From contig CACYOC010000014.1 in NCBI GenBank assembly GCA_902775975.1, positions 14,105-78,104 on the forward strand: 64,000 bases of DNA, read 5' to 3'. Below are positions 1 through 9,104 of this stretch, piece after piece (positions within the stretch are counted from its first letter, which is position 1; each line of letters starts with the position of its first letter). The notes under the pieces were generated by a model that worked only from the letters and a program-made list of their open reading frames with translations, was not told the DNA's origin and searched no databases. The position numbers and the translations under genes are program-made. The stretch is from an uncultured Bacteroidales bacterium. Its GTDB lineage: Bacteria; Bacteroidota; Bacteroidia; Bacteroidales; Bacteroidaceae.

Positions 1-113
1 CTGCGAAAACGGTCATCAAACTGGAAATCTGCATAGCCTCTTTCATCATCCCATGACATGGCTCCCACAAGGTTCCCCCACAGATATATCTGTATAACTG
101 GTATTTCTTCCAT
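1..113 (-). CDS. hipA: HipA-family toxin, N-terminal part (runs off window edge)
   Basis: Manual translation from ATG at 113: MEEIPVIQIYLWGNLVGAMSWDDERGYADFQFDDRFR, resembling the HipA N-terminal subdomain; starts 3 nt after the stop of an XRE gene. Confidence 0.75.
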   Translation of the reverse strand, partial: MEEIPVIQIYLWGNLVGAMSWDDERGYADFQFDDRFR

Positions 114-116
114 TGC

Positions 117-419
117 TTAATCTTTCTTTGTTCTTACACGCTTTACCTGCTTGCCCTGCATTTTCAGCAGTTCCATTGGCGATGGCTTCTGTTCGGGTAC
201 AAGCAAGTCTAAGTTTTCAAGTAATCCAAGCGTTCTCATGACACTGATTAATAATGAGAACGAAACGGACTGCCCACTTTCTATCTTGGCGATGGTGCTT
301 ACGCCAACGCCTGACTCTATGGCCAGTTCCTGCTGTTTTAGACCACTTGATATACGATAAGCTTTTAGCCTTGTTCCAAGCTTGTTTAGTATGGCTGTAT
401 CACTAAGTTCTGTCCACAT
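117..419 (-). CDS. XRE-family HTH antitoxin/regulator (HipB-like)
   Basis: LKQQELAIESGVGVSTIAKIESG HTH_3 motif; directly upstream of hipA-like gene. Confidence 0.85.
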   Translation of the reverse strand: MWTELSDTAILNKLGTRLKAYRISSGLKQQELAIESGVGVSTIAKIESGQSVSFSLLISVMRTLGLLENLDLLVPEQKPSPMELLKMQGKQVKRVRTKKD

Positions 420-835
420 ATTATCAATGTCTTATGTATTTCGGTTGCAAAGATACAAATAAAAATTGTAAATGCAAAGATAAAAGCCGAAAATATCATA
501 AAAACATTGCAAAGACAATGATAAAAATTATTTCGGTTGATTGATGTTGTTAATGTTGTGGATTGAAACAGCTGGGAGATCCGAAGCCAGTGCAGCGATA
601 ACTCTTTTTATCTTATGAACATCCATGAACCAAGACAATTAAAACTAAACGTCCGCCCATGAAAGGCAACTGTTTTCCCGCCTCAATAGCACGTTGGTGC
701 TTGTATTCCTGGCTTATTTTGGGACATAAAGCACAATAGATGGGGGAGGGGATGAAAAGATGTCAAAGACTTTCTGAATTTTGCAAAATCGTGTAGTCGA
801 TTGAAAAAATCCAAAATGAATTTTAATTGCGATTT

Positions 836-1280
836 TAACGTCACCATGTCACCTTGTTTGTAAATTTCTAATCTATTGTTTGTTAGAAGGGTGACGTTAT
901 GGTGACGTTATGGTTTATAACGTCACCTTTTATCTTGCATCTGCTCCTATGATTTTGCAAATATATTGAATAATAGCGTTTTAGATAGTTTTTGCAAGTT
1001 GTTTCTGCCGTAGAAACAGAGTGTTTCCATAGGGGAAACAGAGTGTTTCTCTAGGGGAAACACTTTGTCTGGATAGGGCTCATGATGTAAGAGCTGTCGT
1101 CTTAAGGGAGTGTAAAGCCGTGCGAAAATCGCGAAAAAGCGTATAAGAATGTAAATAAAGATGTAAATCTGCGCTCAAAGGTGACGTTTGGTGACGTTAG
1201 GTGACGTTATAAAAACGTAACGTCACCTCGTAAAACGCAGTAAACCAGTGTGATAGACGAAAAGGTGACGTTATGACGTT
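836..1280. repeat. Two clusters of GGTGACGTT(A) motifs in direct and inverted orientation (iteron-like)
   Basis: Copies at 836(rc), 890, 901, 917(rc), 1180, 1190, 1200, 1218(rc), 1264; partial copies at 847 and 1274. Confidence 0.9.
1001..1061. repeat. 22-bp-period palindromic tandem repeat (GTTTC-N7-GAAAC-AGAGT)x3
   Basis: Units start at 1001, 1023, 1045. Confidence 0.85.
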
Positions 1281-1281
1281 G

Positions 1282-1377
1282 AAAATAGAAAAATGCTCGT
1301 CATCCCGACGAGCATACAATCCATTTACTATGAAAAAACTACTAACCTATAAACTTATGCATTAGAACCTTAATGCT
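1282..1377 (-). ncRNA. Candidate small RNA (~95 nt)
   Basis: Minus-strand -33 TTTG (1413-1410) and -7 TACCTTTG (1389-1382) with 20-nt spacing; 5' hairpin; perfect 9-bp terminator stem 1293-1315 followed by U-rich tail; no ORF. Confidence 0.6.
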
Positions 1378-1507
1378 GATGCAAAGGTAAAAAGAAAACA
1401 GGACGTCCGCAAATTATTTCAGCGAACGCCCTGTTTTTTATGATGAATCAGCCAGTAAATGGTTTACTAATCGTCTGTAAACCGTAAACTGTAAACTATC
1501 AACTGAT

Positions 1508-2500
1508 TTACAAATTCGGGTTGATCTTGCTCCACTCAGCGATAGGCGGTACGATGTTCAGCGTTACCAGCTCGTCGCGCATCTTGCAGAGGTGCTCGTA
1601 GCTCTGGTCGAGTTTGGCATTCTCCTCGGGCAGACCCTGGGGAACCTCGTAGTGAGCGCCGTTCTTGTCGAGTGTAGTCTTCATGGCCATCATGATGTGG
1701 TCGTACTTGTCGGTCTTGACATAGGTGCCGACGGGGAAGCGGAAGGGCTCACCACCCATGGCAGAGCGAATCATCTCTACAGAGAGGTATGAGGGGCTCT
1801 GGAATGAAGAACGTCCGCGGAGCTCGATGATCTTGGCACCGCCCTTGGTAACGGCGGTCTTCATCTCTTCCCACTCCTCTGTGGGGAACTCGGCAGTGCC
1901 GATGATGTCGGTCAACTTGCGACCCTTGATTTCTACGTGGCTGCCGAAGACTGCCATCTGCTCGCCGTGTCCGCCGTAGGTTGCACAGCCTGTAATCTCG
2001 TTCTGCATCACGCCGAACTTCTTGGCGAGAGCCGACTGCAGACGGGTGGTGTCCAGACCAGCCAGTGTTGTTACCTGACCGGGTTTCAAGCCAGAGTAGA
2101 GCAGTGTTACCAGACCGGTAAGGTCGGCGGGGTTGAAGATGATGACGACGTGCTTCACGTCGGGGCAATACTTCTTGATGTTCTGACCCAGCTCCTCGGC
2201 AATCTTGCAGTTGCCGGCCAGCAGGTCTTCACGGGTCATGCCAGCCTTACGGGGAGCACCGCCCGAAGAAATGATATACTTAGCGTTCTTGAATGCCTCT
2301 TCGGCATTGGTGGTGGCTACGATGTTGACGTCATCAAAGCCGCTCTGGCGCATCTCCTCGGCAACACCTTCGGGAGAGAATACATCGTAAAGACAAATCT
2401 CGTTTGTCAGACCCATCATCAGGGCGGTCTGAGCCATGTTAGAACCAATCATGCCGGCTGCGCCGACGATGGTTAATTTCTCGTTTGTTAAAAAAGCCAT
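1508..2500 (-). CDS. mdh: Malate dehydrogenase (LDH/MDH family)
   Basis: IVGAAGMIGS Rossmann motif, GAPRKAGMTREDLL, GGHGE. Confidence 0.93.
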   Translation of the reverse strand: MAFLTNEKLTIVGAAGMIGSNMAQTALMMGLTNEICLYDVFSPEGVAEEMRQSGFDDVNIVATTNAEEAFKNAKYIISSGGAPRKAGMTREDLLAGNCKIAEELGQNIKKYCPDVKHVVIIFNPADLTGLVTLLYSGLKPGQVTTLAGLDTTRLQSALAKKFGVMQNEITGCATYGGHGEQMAVFGSHVEIKGRKLTDIIGTAEFPTEEWEEMKTAVTKGGAKIIELRGRSSFQSPSYLSVEMIRSAMGGEPFRFPVGTYVKTDKYDHIMMAMKTTLDKNGAHYEVPQGLPEENAKLDQSYEHLCKMRDELVTLNIVPPIAEWSKINPNL

Positions 2501-2631
2501 AACATTATGTGTTTTGAAATTTCTGTCTGCAAAGTTACGAAATAATTCTCAAAGCCCAATGCTCAACGGTCAAATTTATTGTTATTAAATATGAAAACAC
2601 GCCGCATTGCTAACTCCGCGTTGCAAAAATG

Positions 2632-3183
2632 CTACTTTTGCGAACGCTTTGATGCCGTTCGCTCCTTGACCTTGGTGTTGTATTCGTGCTGGTCGCGCTT
2701 CATGTCTTGCCAGTAGGGAGTCAAGGGTGGCGGACCTTCGTTGGTTTGCAGTTCTAAGTCGGGAATCTCAATCTCGTCGATGGGCTGGAAGGGAATGATG
2801 AGGTGGTCAACTTTCTGTACCACCACCATGGTAACGCCAGCACCGATGATGTCCAACTCCTTGGCGGCACGCCAGGAGAGGTCGATGATGCGACCGTGGA
2901 CAAAAGGTCCTCTGTCGGTGACGCGGACGATGACTCGGCGGCCATTGGCGGGGTTATACACCTGCAACATCGTCCCGAACGGATAGCTACGGTGGGCACA
3001 CGTCAAGCTGTCCGGATGCAGCCGTTCGCCACTTGCCGTGCGCCGTCCGGTTAAGTTCTTGGCGTAATACGATGCCTTGCCGCGTTGCGCTGTCTGGCCG
3101 TTGACCATTGACAACTGGCAATTGACAAGCAAGAGTAAAACTACTGCCCATCGCCTGTAGAGGTTAAATGTCTGATGTTTCAT
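2632..3183 (-). CDS. rlpA: Septal ring lytic transglycosylase RlpA family protein
   Basis: GKASYY...TASGE...[11 protein letters not shown]...VTDRGPF...RIIDLS DPBB domain; start placed at MKHQ. Confidence 0.9.
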   Translation of the reverse strand: MKHQTFNLYRRWAVVLLLLVNCQLSMVNGQTAQRGKASYYAKNLTGRRTASGERLHPDSLTCAHRSYPFGTMLQVYNPANGRRVIVRVTDRGPFVHGRIIDLSWRAAKELDIIGAGVTMVVVQKVDHLIIPFQPIDEIEIPDLELQTNEGPPPLTPYWQDMKRDQHEYNTKVKERTASKRSQK

Positions 3184-3190
3184 GTCTTGT

Positions 3191-3268
3191 TTATCAATTG
3201 TCAATTGTCAATTGTCAACTCTCAACTCTCAACTCTCAACTCTTAACTCTTAACTCTTAACTCTTAAC
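3191..3268. repeat. Heptamer tandem repeat (TCAATTG/TCAACTC/TTAACTC), about 11 units, filling the gdhA-rlpA junction
   Basis: Direct reading of sequence. Confidence 0.9.
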
Positions 3269-4605
3269 TATACTATCCCCTGTGCCAGCATGGCCTTGGC
3301 GACTTTCATGAAGCCGGCTACGTTTGCACCCTTGACGTAGTTGATGTAGTTGCCTTCCTTGCCGTATTTGACACACTGGGCGTGGATGCCCGACATGATC
3401 TGGTGCAGCTTCTGGTCCACCTCCTCTTCTGTCCAAGAGATACGCATAGAGTTCTGCGTCATCTCCAGTCCGCTGGTGGCTACACCTCCGGCATTGACAG
3501 CCTTTCCGGGAGCAAACAGCTGACCGGCAGCAATGAACTTGTTGACGGCATCAGCGGTACATCCCATGTTCGACACCTCGGCAACACACAGCGGCTTGTT
3601 GGCAAGAATCTTGTCGGCATCGTCGCCGTTCAGCTCGTTCTGAGTGGCACATGGCAGATAGATGTCGGCTTTCTGCTCCCAGGGCTTCTTGCCGGCATAG
3701 AAGGTAGAGCCGGGGAACTCGTCGGCATAGGGCTGGCAGATGTCATTGCCCGAGGCACGCAGCTCCAACAGATAGTCAATCTTCTCATCATCCAGCCCGG
3801 CAGGGTCATAGATATAGCCGTCGGGACCGCTGATGGTAATGACTTTGGCGCCCAGCTCCGTTGCCTTCTTGGCAGCACCCCAGGCCACATTGCCGAAGCC
3901 AGACAGGGCAACGGTCTTTCCCTTGATGTCCAGTCCGTGGGTCTGCATCATCTGGTGAACAAAGTAGAGGGCTCCGTAACCCGTAGCTTCCGGACGCAGA
4001 ATACTGCCGCCCCATTCGATGCCTTTACCCGTCAGGGTAGCACCGTGGAACTGTGAGGTCAGCTTCTTGTACATGCCAAACAGGTAGCCGATTTCGCGAC
4101 CACCCACACCGATATCGCCAGCGGGAACGTCCATGTCGGGACCTATCACCTTATAGAGTTCACACATGAAGGCCTGACAGAAGCGCATAATCTCGGCATC
4201 GCTCTTGCCGCGAGGAGCAAAGTCTGATCCGCCCTTGCCACCGCCCATAGGCAGTGTCGTCAGCGCGTTCTTGAAAGTCTGCTCAAAACCGAGGAACTTT
4301 AGGATACTCAGGTTCACTGACGGGTGGAAGCGCAAACCGCCCTTGTACGGACCGATGGCGCTGTTGAACTGCACACGATAGCCGATGTTTACCTGCACCT
4401 CGCCCTTGTCGTCCACCCAGGGCACACGGAAGGTGATGATACGCTCCGGTTCAACGATGCGCTCCACAATTTTAGCCTTCTCAAACTCAGGATGCTGGTT
4501 ATACACGTCTTTGATAGATTCAAGGACTTCGCGTACTGCTTGTAAGAACTCTACTTCGCCAGGATGCTTCTGCTCCAAGGCCTGCATGATTTTTTCTACG
4601 TTCAT
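3268..4605 (-). CDS. gdhA: NAD(P)-specific glutamate dehydrogenase
   Basis: GPYKGGLRFHPSVN, GGGKGGSDF, DVPAGDIGVG, GFGNVA motifs. Confidence 0.96.
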   Translation of the reverse strand: MNVEKIMQALEQKHPGEVEFLQAVREVLESIKDVYNQHPEFEKAKIVERIVEPERIITFRVPWVDDKGEVQVNIGYRVQFNSAIGPYKGGLRFHPSVNLSILKFLGFEQTFKNALTTLPMGGGKGGSDFAPRGKSDAEIMRFCQAFMCELYKVIGPDMDVPAGDIGVGGREIGYLFGMYKKLTSQFHGATLTGKGIEWGGSILRPEATGYGALYFVHQMMQTHGLDIKGKTVALSGFGNVAWGAAKKATELGAKVITISGPDGYIYDPAGLDDEKIDYLLELRASGNDICQPYADEFPGSTFYAGKKPWEQKADIYLPCATQNELNGDDADKILANKPLCVAEVSNMGCTADAVNKFIAAGQLFAPGKAVNAGGVATSGLEMTQNSMRISWTEEEVDQKLHQIMSGIHAQCVKYGKEGNYINYVKGANVAGFMKVAKAMLAQGIV

Positions 4606-4772
4606 AGTATAAAGGTTTTTAAAGTTATTTTAGTTTCATAATGTCATTACGACAAGGCAAATATAGACATTTTTCCGCAATCGACCAAGAAAAAAAGGGA
4701 ATATTTTTCATTTATCGTTACAGATTGTTAAAAACAATCCTTGTCCTCCCTCGTTTCCGCCTCCGTTTTTAT

Positions 4773-4812
4773 AAAAAAATACGGTATTCGCTGTTAAACG
4801 AATACCGATATT
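4773..4812 (-). terminator. Intrinsic terminator after por operon/OMP gene
   Basis: CGGTATTCG...CGAATACCG stem with A-tract on plus strand (U-tract on minus). Confidence 0.6.
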
Positions 4813-4858
4813 GAAGGGGGTATGCCAGCTTTCAATGATTGCGTAGCATGCCGGTGGT

Positions 4859-5470
4859 TTAGAACCAGTAAGCCAGCGAAATCTGCCAGGCATTGAACTT
4901 AGCACTGCCCGTTCTCTTGATGACATTCTTGGCGGCATCTATGGGCTTCACCTCGCCAGTCTTGCCCAGTGCAAAGTTGTAGTTGGCCTTCAGCTGCAGC
5001 TTGCTGAGCAGTGTCAGACCGAGACCGACGTTAGCACTGAGGTTCGAAGACTTCAGCGTCCATTCTGCGGCTATGTCTTCAAACTTCTTGTTACTGCCGA
5101 CGTTAAAACCGAACTGAGGACCAGCAAAGAGGAATACCTCTGCCATGTCGCCAAGACCAACACCGTAACGGAGGTTGATGGGAATCTGGATAGACTGCGA
5201 CTTGATGGTCTGTGTATAGTCTCCTTCTCCAGCCTTGCCCTCGCGCTGGTCATAGACTGCAGCAGCGTCGATGGCGATGGGGAGCATCGGGAATGAGAAC
5301 TTGACGGTAGGACCTACAAAGAAGCCTGCACGACTCTTTACACTTGCGGGAAGGTCTTTCGTGTTGACATTGGTCATATTCAGACCACCCGTAACACCAA
5401 ACTTAAACTGTGCTTTGGAAGGCATAGCGAAAGCTACTGCCATCAGCATTACTACAAATACTTTCTTCAT
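4859..5470 (-). CDS. Outer-membrane beta-barrel (porin/PorT-like family) protein
   Basis: Signal peptide ending KA-Q, FGVTGGLN, C-terminal ISLAYWF barrel signal. Confidence 0.8.
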   Translation of the reverse strand: MKKVFVVMLMAVAFAMPSKAQFKFGVTGGLNMTNVNTKDLPASVKSRAGFFVGPTVKFSFPMLPIAIDAAAVYDQREGKAGEGDYTQTIKSQSIQIPINLRYGVGLGDMAEVFLFAGPQFGFNVGSNKKFEDIAAEWTLKSSNLSANVGLGLTLLSKLQLKANYNFALGKTGEVKPIDAAKNVIKRTGSAKFNAWQISLAYWF

Positions 5471-5518
5471 ACCGTTATACATTTAAAATATCGTTTAACT
5501 TCTTTATCTTATTCTTGA

Positions 5519-6565
5519 TTAGTGTCTCTGGCGACGAACGCTGACACGTGCCGAGCCAGAAGAACTGCCACTATTGCTCTGGCGACTCCTCGACTTGCGG
5601 GCACTGCTCTTGCTGCCGCTCTTGCCTTTCTTAGTAGCCTTCATCACCTTCGGGTCAACCTTGGCGATAGAGTCTAACGAGTCCTTGCGGGCCTTGTCGC
5701 CGAAGATGTTCTCCTCGAAGGCCTTCAGCTCTGCCTCGATGCGCTTCTGCTCCTTGGCAAGTGCCGTGTCGTTAGGACAGTATTGTGCCAACGTCTTTCC
5801 CAGCATGTTGGTGGTCTTGTAAATCTTGCCCTTATAGCGGTTCATCGTGAAATAGTCGTCCGTGGACATCGTGGCGGCATTGTTCAGGTTGGAGGTCATC
5901 ACCGTCTGACGGCTTAAGAACGGCTCCAGATCGGAATACTTAATCCAGAAGAGGGGATACTTCGATGCCTCACCGCCGAAGTCGTCCTCGCGCACCATGA
6001 CGGGACAGAGGCTTAGCACCTTGCGGTGGAAAGTGGCGTTGGCCTGGTCGTAGTAGGCACTCTCCTTCAGGTAGTACATCTTCACCTCTGCCGACGGAAT
6101 ATCGCTGTTATCGACGCGTATCTTGCCATCCTTCTCTTCATAGAAGATGTGGTAGTTGTCCAGCACGGTCTTCATCTGTACCTTTGCCGAATCGTTGAAC
6201 ACCTCATTGCCGTCCAGTCGGTATTCATAGACTGGCAGGTAGTTGTTCAGCGCCAACTTGAAGATATAGGTAAAGAGGTTTACCTGTCTGTCGATAGGTT
6301 CTACAGGGTAGTAGAGACCGGCGTTGGCATCTTGGTTGAGGTCAATCTCACGATAGATATCACGGCGCCACACGACGTCTTCTGGCATGTCGATAGCCGT
6401 GGGGAACATCAGTTGGGCGCGCACCGACATACCCTGGTTCTGCGTCCTCTGCTGAGCCTGCTGAGTCTGCTGACCCTTTCTCTGCTGTTGGCGACGTGCC
6501 TTAGGCTGGGCAAGCGCTTCGCTAACCACCAGTGTTATCATCAATAAGAACAATACTCTTTTCAT
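5519..6565 (-). CDS. porN: T9SS component PorN/GldN
   Basis: DVVWRRDIYREIDL, YYLKE..YYD, PLFW motifs; operon position. Confidence 0.92.
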   Translation of the reverse strand: MKRVLFLLMITLVVSEALAQPKARRQQQRKGQQTQQAQQRTQNQGMSVRAQLMFPTAIDMPEDVVWRRDIYREIDLNQDANAGLYYPVEPIDRQVNLFTYIFKLALNNYLPVYEYRLDGNEVFNDSAKVQMKTVLDNYHIFYEEKDGKIRVDNSDIPSAEVKMYYLKESAYYDQANATFHRKVLSLCPVMVREDDFGGEASKYPLFWIKYSDLEPFLSRQTVMTSNLNNAATMSTDDYFTMNRYKGKIYKTTNMLGKTLAQYCPNDTALAKEQKRIEAELKAFEENIFGDKARKDSLDSIAKVDPKVMKATKKGKSGSKSSARKSRSRQSNSGSSSGSARVSVRRQRH

Positions 6566-6605
6566 AACTATCAATTATCAATTATCAATTGTCAACTCTC
6601 AATTA
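6566..6605. repeat. Heptamer tandem repeat (TCAATTA) at porM-porN junction
   Basis: aactatcaattatcaattatcaattgtcaactctcaatta. Confidence 0.85.
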
Positions 6606-8168
6606 TTTCACTATCACCTCCATCGAGGCATTCAACTTACGCTGTATGCCGTCAGGTCCGATGGCATTGACACGTGAGATGTAGAAACGGCGGTTACGCT
6701 GTAACTTGCGGAAGGCATCCTTCTGGCGTGCCGAGAAGCGTGAGCCGTCGCTCACCATCGGCACGGCATTACCCATATTGTCGAAGAACACCGTCTCGAA
6801 GCTCTGTACGGTGAAGGCAATGTCCAGAATACCGTCGTCAATAGCGGCACCGATGCCTTCAACAGCCATCAGCTGGGCTTTGGCCACACCGCCGCCCTTG
6901 TAGCGCAAGGGACTTCCTAACTCATCCTTCATGGCGATGTACGGCGTGGGGTCTGGCAGACGACGTACTCGGAAGGTGTATTGTCCCATTTGCTGCGCAC
7001 GGCCCGTATTGGTCGATGTGACGGTGATAGTGACGTTCTGTCCCACTGCTGCCGGACGGGCGATATATTTACCAGGTCCTACAGGTTGCAAGGTACCGCC
7101 AGTCATCGTTGCCTGTACTTTATTGACAGGCACACCGGGAACTGACACACTCAACGGGTTGTTATATCCGGCATAGAGCACGTTCATCAGGTCGGCAGAA
7201 ACCGTTGCGGAAGGATCTACCACCGTGTATTTCTGTTCAAAGTTGCGCTTCAGCAGTTCGCCGTTGCCGTTCTCCACCTGGATGTATCCTGACAGCGTGA
7301 AGTCGCCGGTGCGACCCGTCACCGTTTCATACAAACCGTTGGGCAGGTTCATCTCCTTGCCGCCGATGAATATCTGTGGCTTCTGCGTCGTATCGACGGC
7401 AGCCATGACGATGTGAGCAGAGAACTTGTCACCGCGCACGATGGTCTGCGAGTTCGGAATGACAAAGGCATTGAGGGCATTCACACGGATATCCTTTACG
7501 TCGATGTTTGATACCAGGGTGTGTAGCACCTCACCCTCCGTAGCGCGGACGTCACTCTGTAGTTTGCTCAACAGCGTGATGGCTGCGGCTGCAGGCATCG
7601 ATTCGAACAGATACTCCTGCCAGTTCTTGCCTAAGGTCTCCTCACCTTCGGGAACGGTAGTTGACAGGTTGGACGAAATGTTCTTCCGCTGATCCTTGTC
7701 GGTCACCATCTTCACCATCTGTTCACGATAGTTGTTGATAGCGTCGAAGAGTTCCTTGCCACGACCGCCACTGGGTGACAGCATCACTTGATTGGCGGCC
7801 TCCAGGTCTTCCTTGTTGCGCAGCTGCTGAGGATCTCCATCGCTGCCATCGGCTTCCTTGGCAATAGCCATCTTCAGCTCGGCAGCAAGGTTGTAGAGGT
7901 CATCGCTCATCTGCTTGACTTTCTGCGACCTGTCGAACCATTGCTTGACCTTCTGCGGATTCTTCTTCATCTGTTCCGCAAAGTCATCGTATATGTTTTG
8001 GTTTGCCTTGATAGTGCTCTCGGTGGTACGCTTCAGGCTCTCCTCCACGATGGAGAATCCGTTGAGCACCTCGTTCGAGACGTTCAGCGCCAGCATCGCC
8101 ATCAACACGACATACATCAGGTTGATCATCTTCTGGCGAGGGGAAACCGGTCTTTTCTTTATTGCCAT
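6603..8168 (-). CDS. porM: T9SS motor component PorM/GldM
   Basis: SPRQKMINLMYVVLMAMLALNVS signature. Confidence 0.95.
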   Translation of the reverse strand: MAIKKRPVSPRQKMINLMYVVLMAMLALNVSNEVLNGFSIVEESLKRTTESTIKANQNIYDDFAEQMKKNPQKVKQWFDRSQKVKQMSDDLYNLAAELKMAIAKEADGSDGDPQQLRNKEDLEAANQVMLSPSGGRGKELFDAINNYREQMVKMVTDKDQRKNISSNLSTTVPEGEETLGKNWQEYLFESMPAAAAITLLSKLQSDVRATEGEVLHTLVSNIDVKDIRVNALNAFVIPNSQTIVRGDKFSAHIVMAAVDTTQKPQIFIGGKEMNLPNGLYETVTGRTGDFTLSGYIQVENGNGELLKRNFEQKYTVVDPSATVSADLMNVLYAGYNNPLSVSVPGVPVNKVQATMTGGTLQPVGPGKYIARPAAVGQNVTITVTSTNTGRAQQMGQYTFRVRRLPDPTPYIAMKDELGSPLRYKGGGVAKAQLMAVEGIGAAIDDGILDIAFTVQSFETVFFDNMGNAVPMVSDGSRFSARQKDAFRKLQRNRRFYISRVNAIGPDGIQRKLNASMEVIVK

Positions 8169-8217
8169 CTCGTTTGCTTGTTTCGTTATGAAGTTATAAC
8201 GCTGTTACGCTCGTTGT

Positions 8218-9069
8218 TTATGCTTTCGGCGCTACGGGCATGTTGGTCGTCATGGCCTCAATCATGCGAGCGTAAATCTTGTTCAGCTCGATAATCTGTT
8301 CAGCCATGTGACGGGTCTGCTCGTTGATCTCGTCGATGGTGCTAATCTGTGCTGAGGCACTCTTCAACTGCATCTCATAGACGCGGCTGATGCCGGTCAG
8401 CGTGCGGTTCAGGTTCTCCATCTCCTCGGAGTCACGTGTCAGGCGCTGGCTCTGCTCAGAAACTTGCGAGAGCATCTCCGTCAGGCGGTTCAGCTCTTCA
8501 ATGTAGTTAGAGGTAGCCTCCTTCATCTCGTCGCCCATGGTGACGTCAGCGGGTGAACCGCCGACCACAGCGCCGCCAACCACAGCGCCGCCTCCGGCAA
8601 CACCTCCTCCGATGACACCACCACCGCCGGCAAAGCTGATGGTACCGCCTTCAGCCTGCTCGCCAGAGCCGTCTCCGATGACTGCACCGCTGCCACCGCC
8701 TCCGATGACTGCACCGCCACCACCACCATTGATGATGACCGTGCCGCCGCCGGCAACACCCGGCTGACCAGCTACGGTGACGCCCTCGGCGCTTCCTTCA
8801 TCGTCCATGTGAATGTCCAGATCCATGCCGTCGGCCGTCTTGTCAAACGGACGGTCAAAGGCTGAGATAAAGAATACGAAGACCTCTGTACCCATACCTA
8901 AGAACAGGAAGAAGTTCGCTCCTGGCAGGTGGGTCAGTTTAAAGAGAGTACCTAATATGACGATAGAGGCACCCCAGCTGTATGCGTAGTTCAGGAAAGT
9001 CTGTCCTGCCACGCTGTCCATCCACTTCTGCAGGCGATAGACGAAGTTCAGTTTGCTATATGTAGTCAT
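8218..9069 (-). CDS. porL: T9SS motor component PorL/GldL
   Basis: YSWGASIVILGTLFKLTH...GMGTEVFVFFISAF; Gly-rich linker; C-terminal coiled coil. Confidence 0.95.
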   Translation of the reverse strand: MTTYSKLNFVYRLQKWMDSVAGQTFLNYAYSWGASIVILGTLFKLTHLPGANFFLFLGMGTEVFVFFISAFDRPFDKTADGMDLDIHMDDEGSAEGVTVAGQPGVAGGGTVIINGGGGGAVIGGGGSGAVIGDGSGEQAEGGTISFAGGGGVIGGGVAGGGAVVGGAVVGGSPADVTMGDEMKEATSNYIEELNRLTEMLSQVSEQSQRLTRDSEEMENLNRTLTGISRVYEMQLKSASAQISTIDEINEQTRHMAEQIIELNKIYARMIEAMTTNMPVAPKA

Positions 9070-9104
9070 GATAATTTACTATTTGACGATTTACAATTTA
9101 CGAT

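Noticed and set aside
528..626. 32-aa minus-strand ORF MDVHKIKRVIAALASDL...
   Set aside because: Too short, no recognisable motif; cannot be supported
1330..1365. Plus-strand micro-ORF MKKLLTYKLMH
   Set aside because: Promoter and terminator polarity favour a minus-strand non-coding RNA
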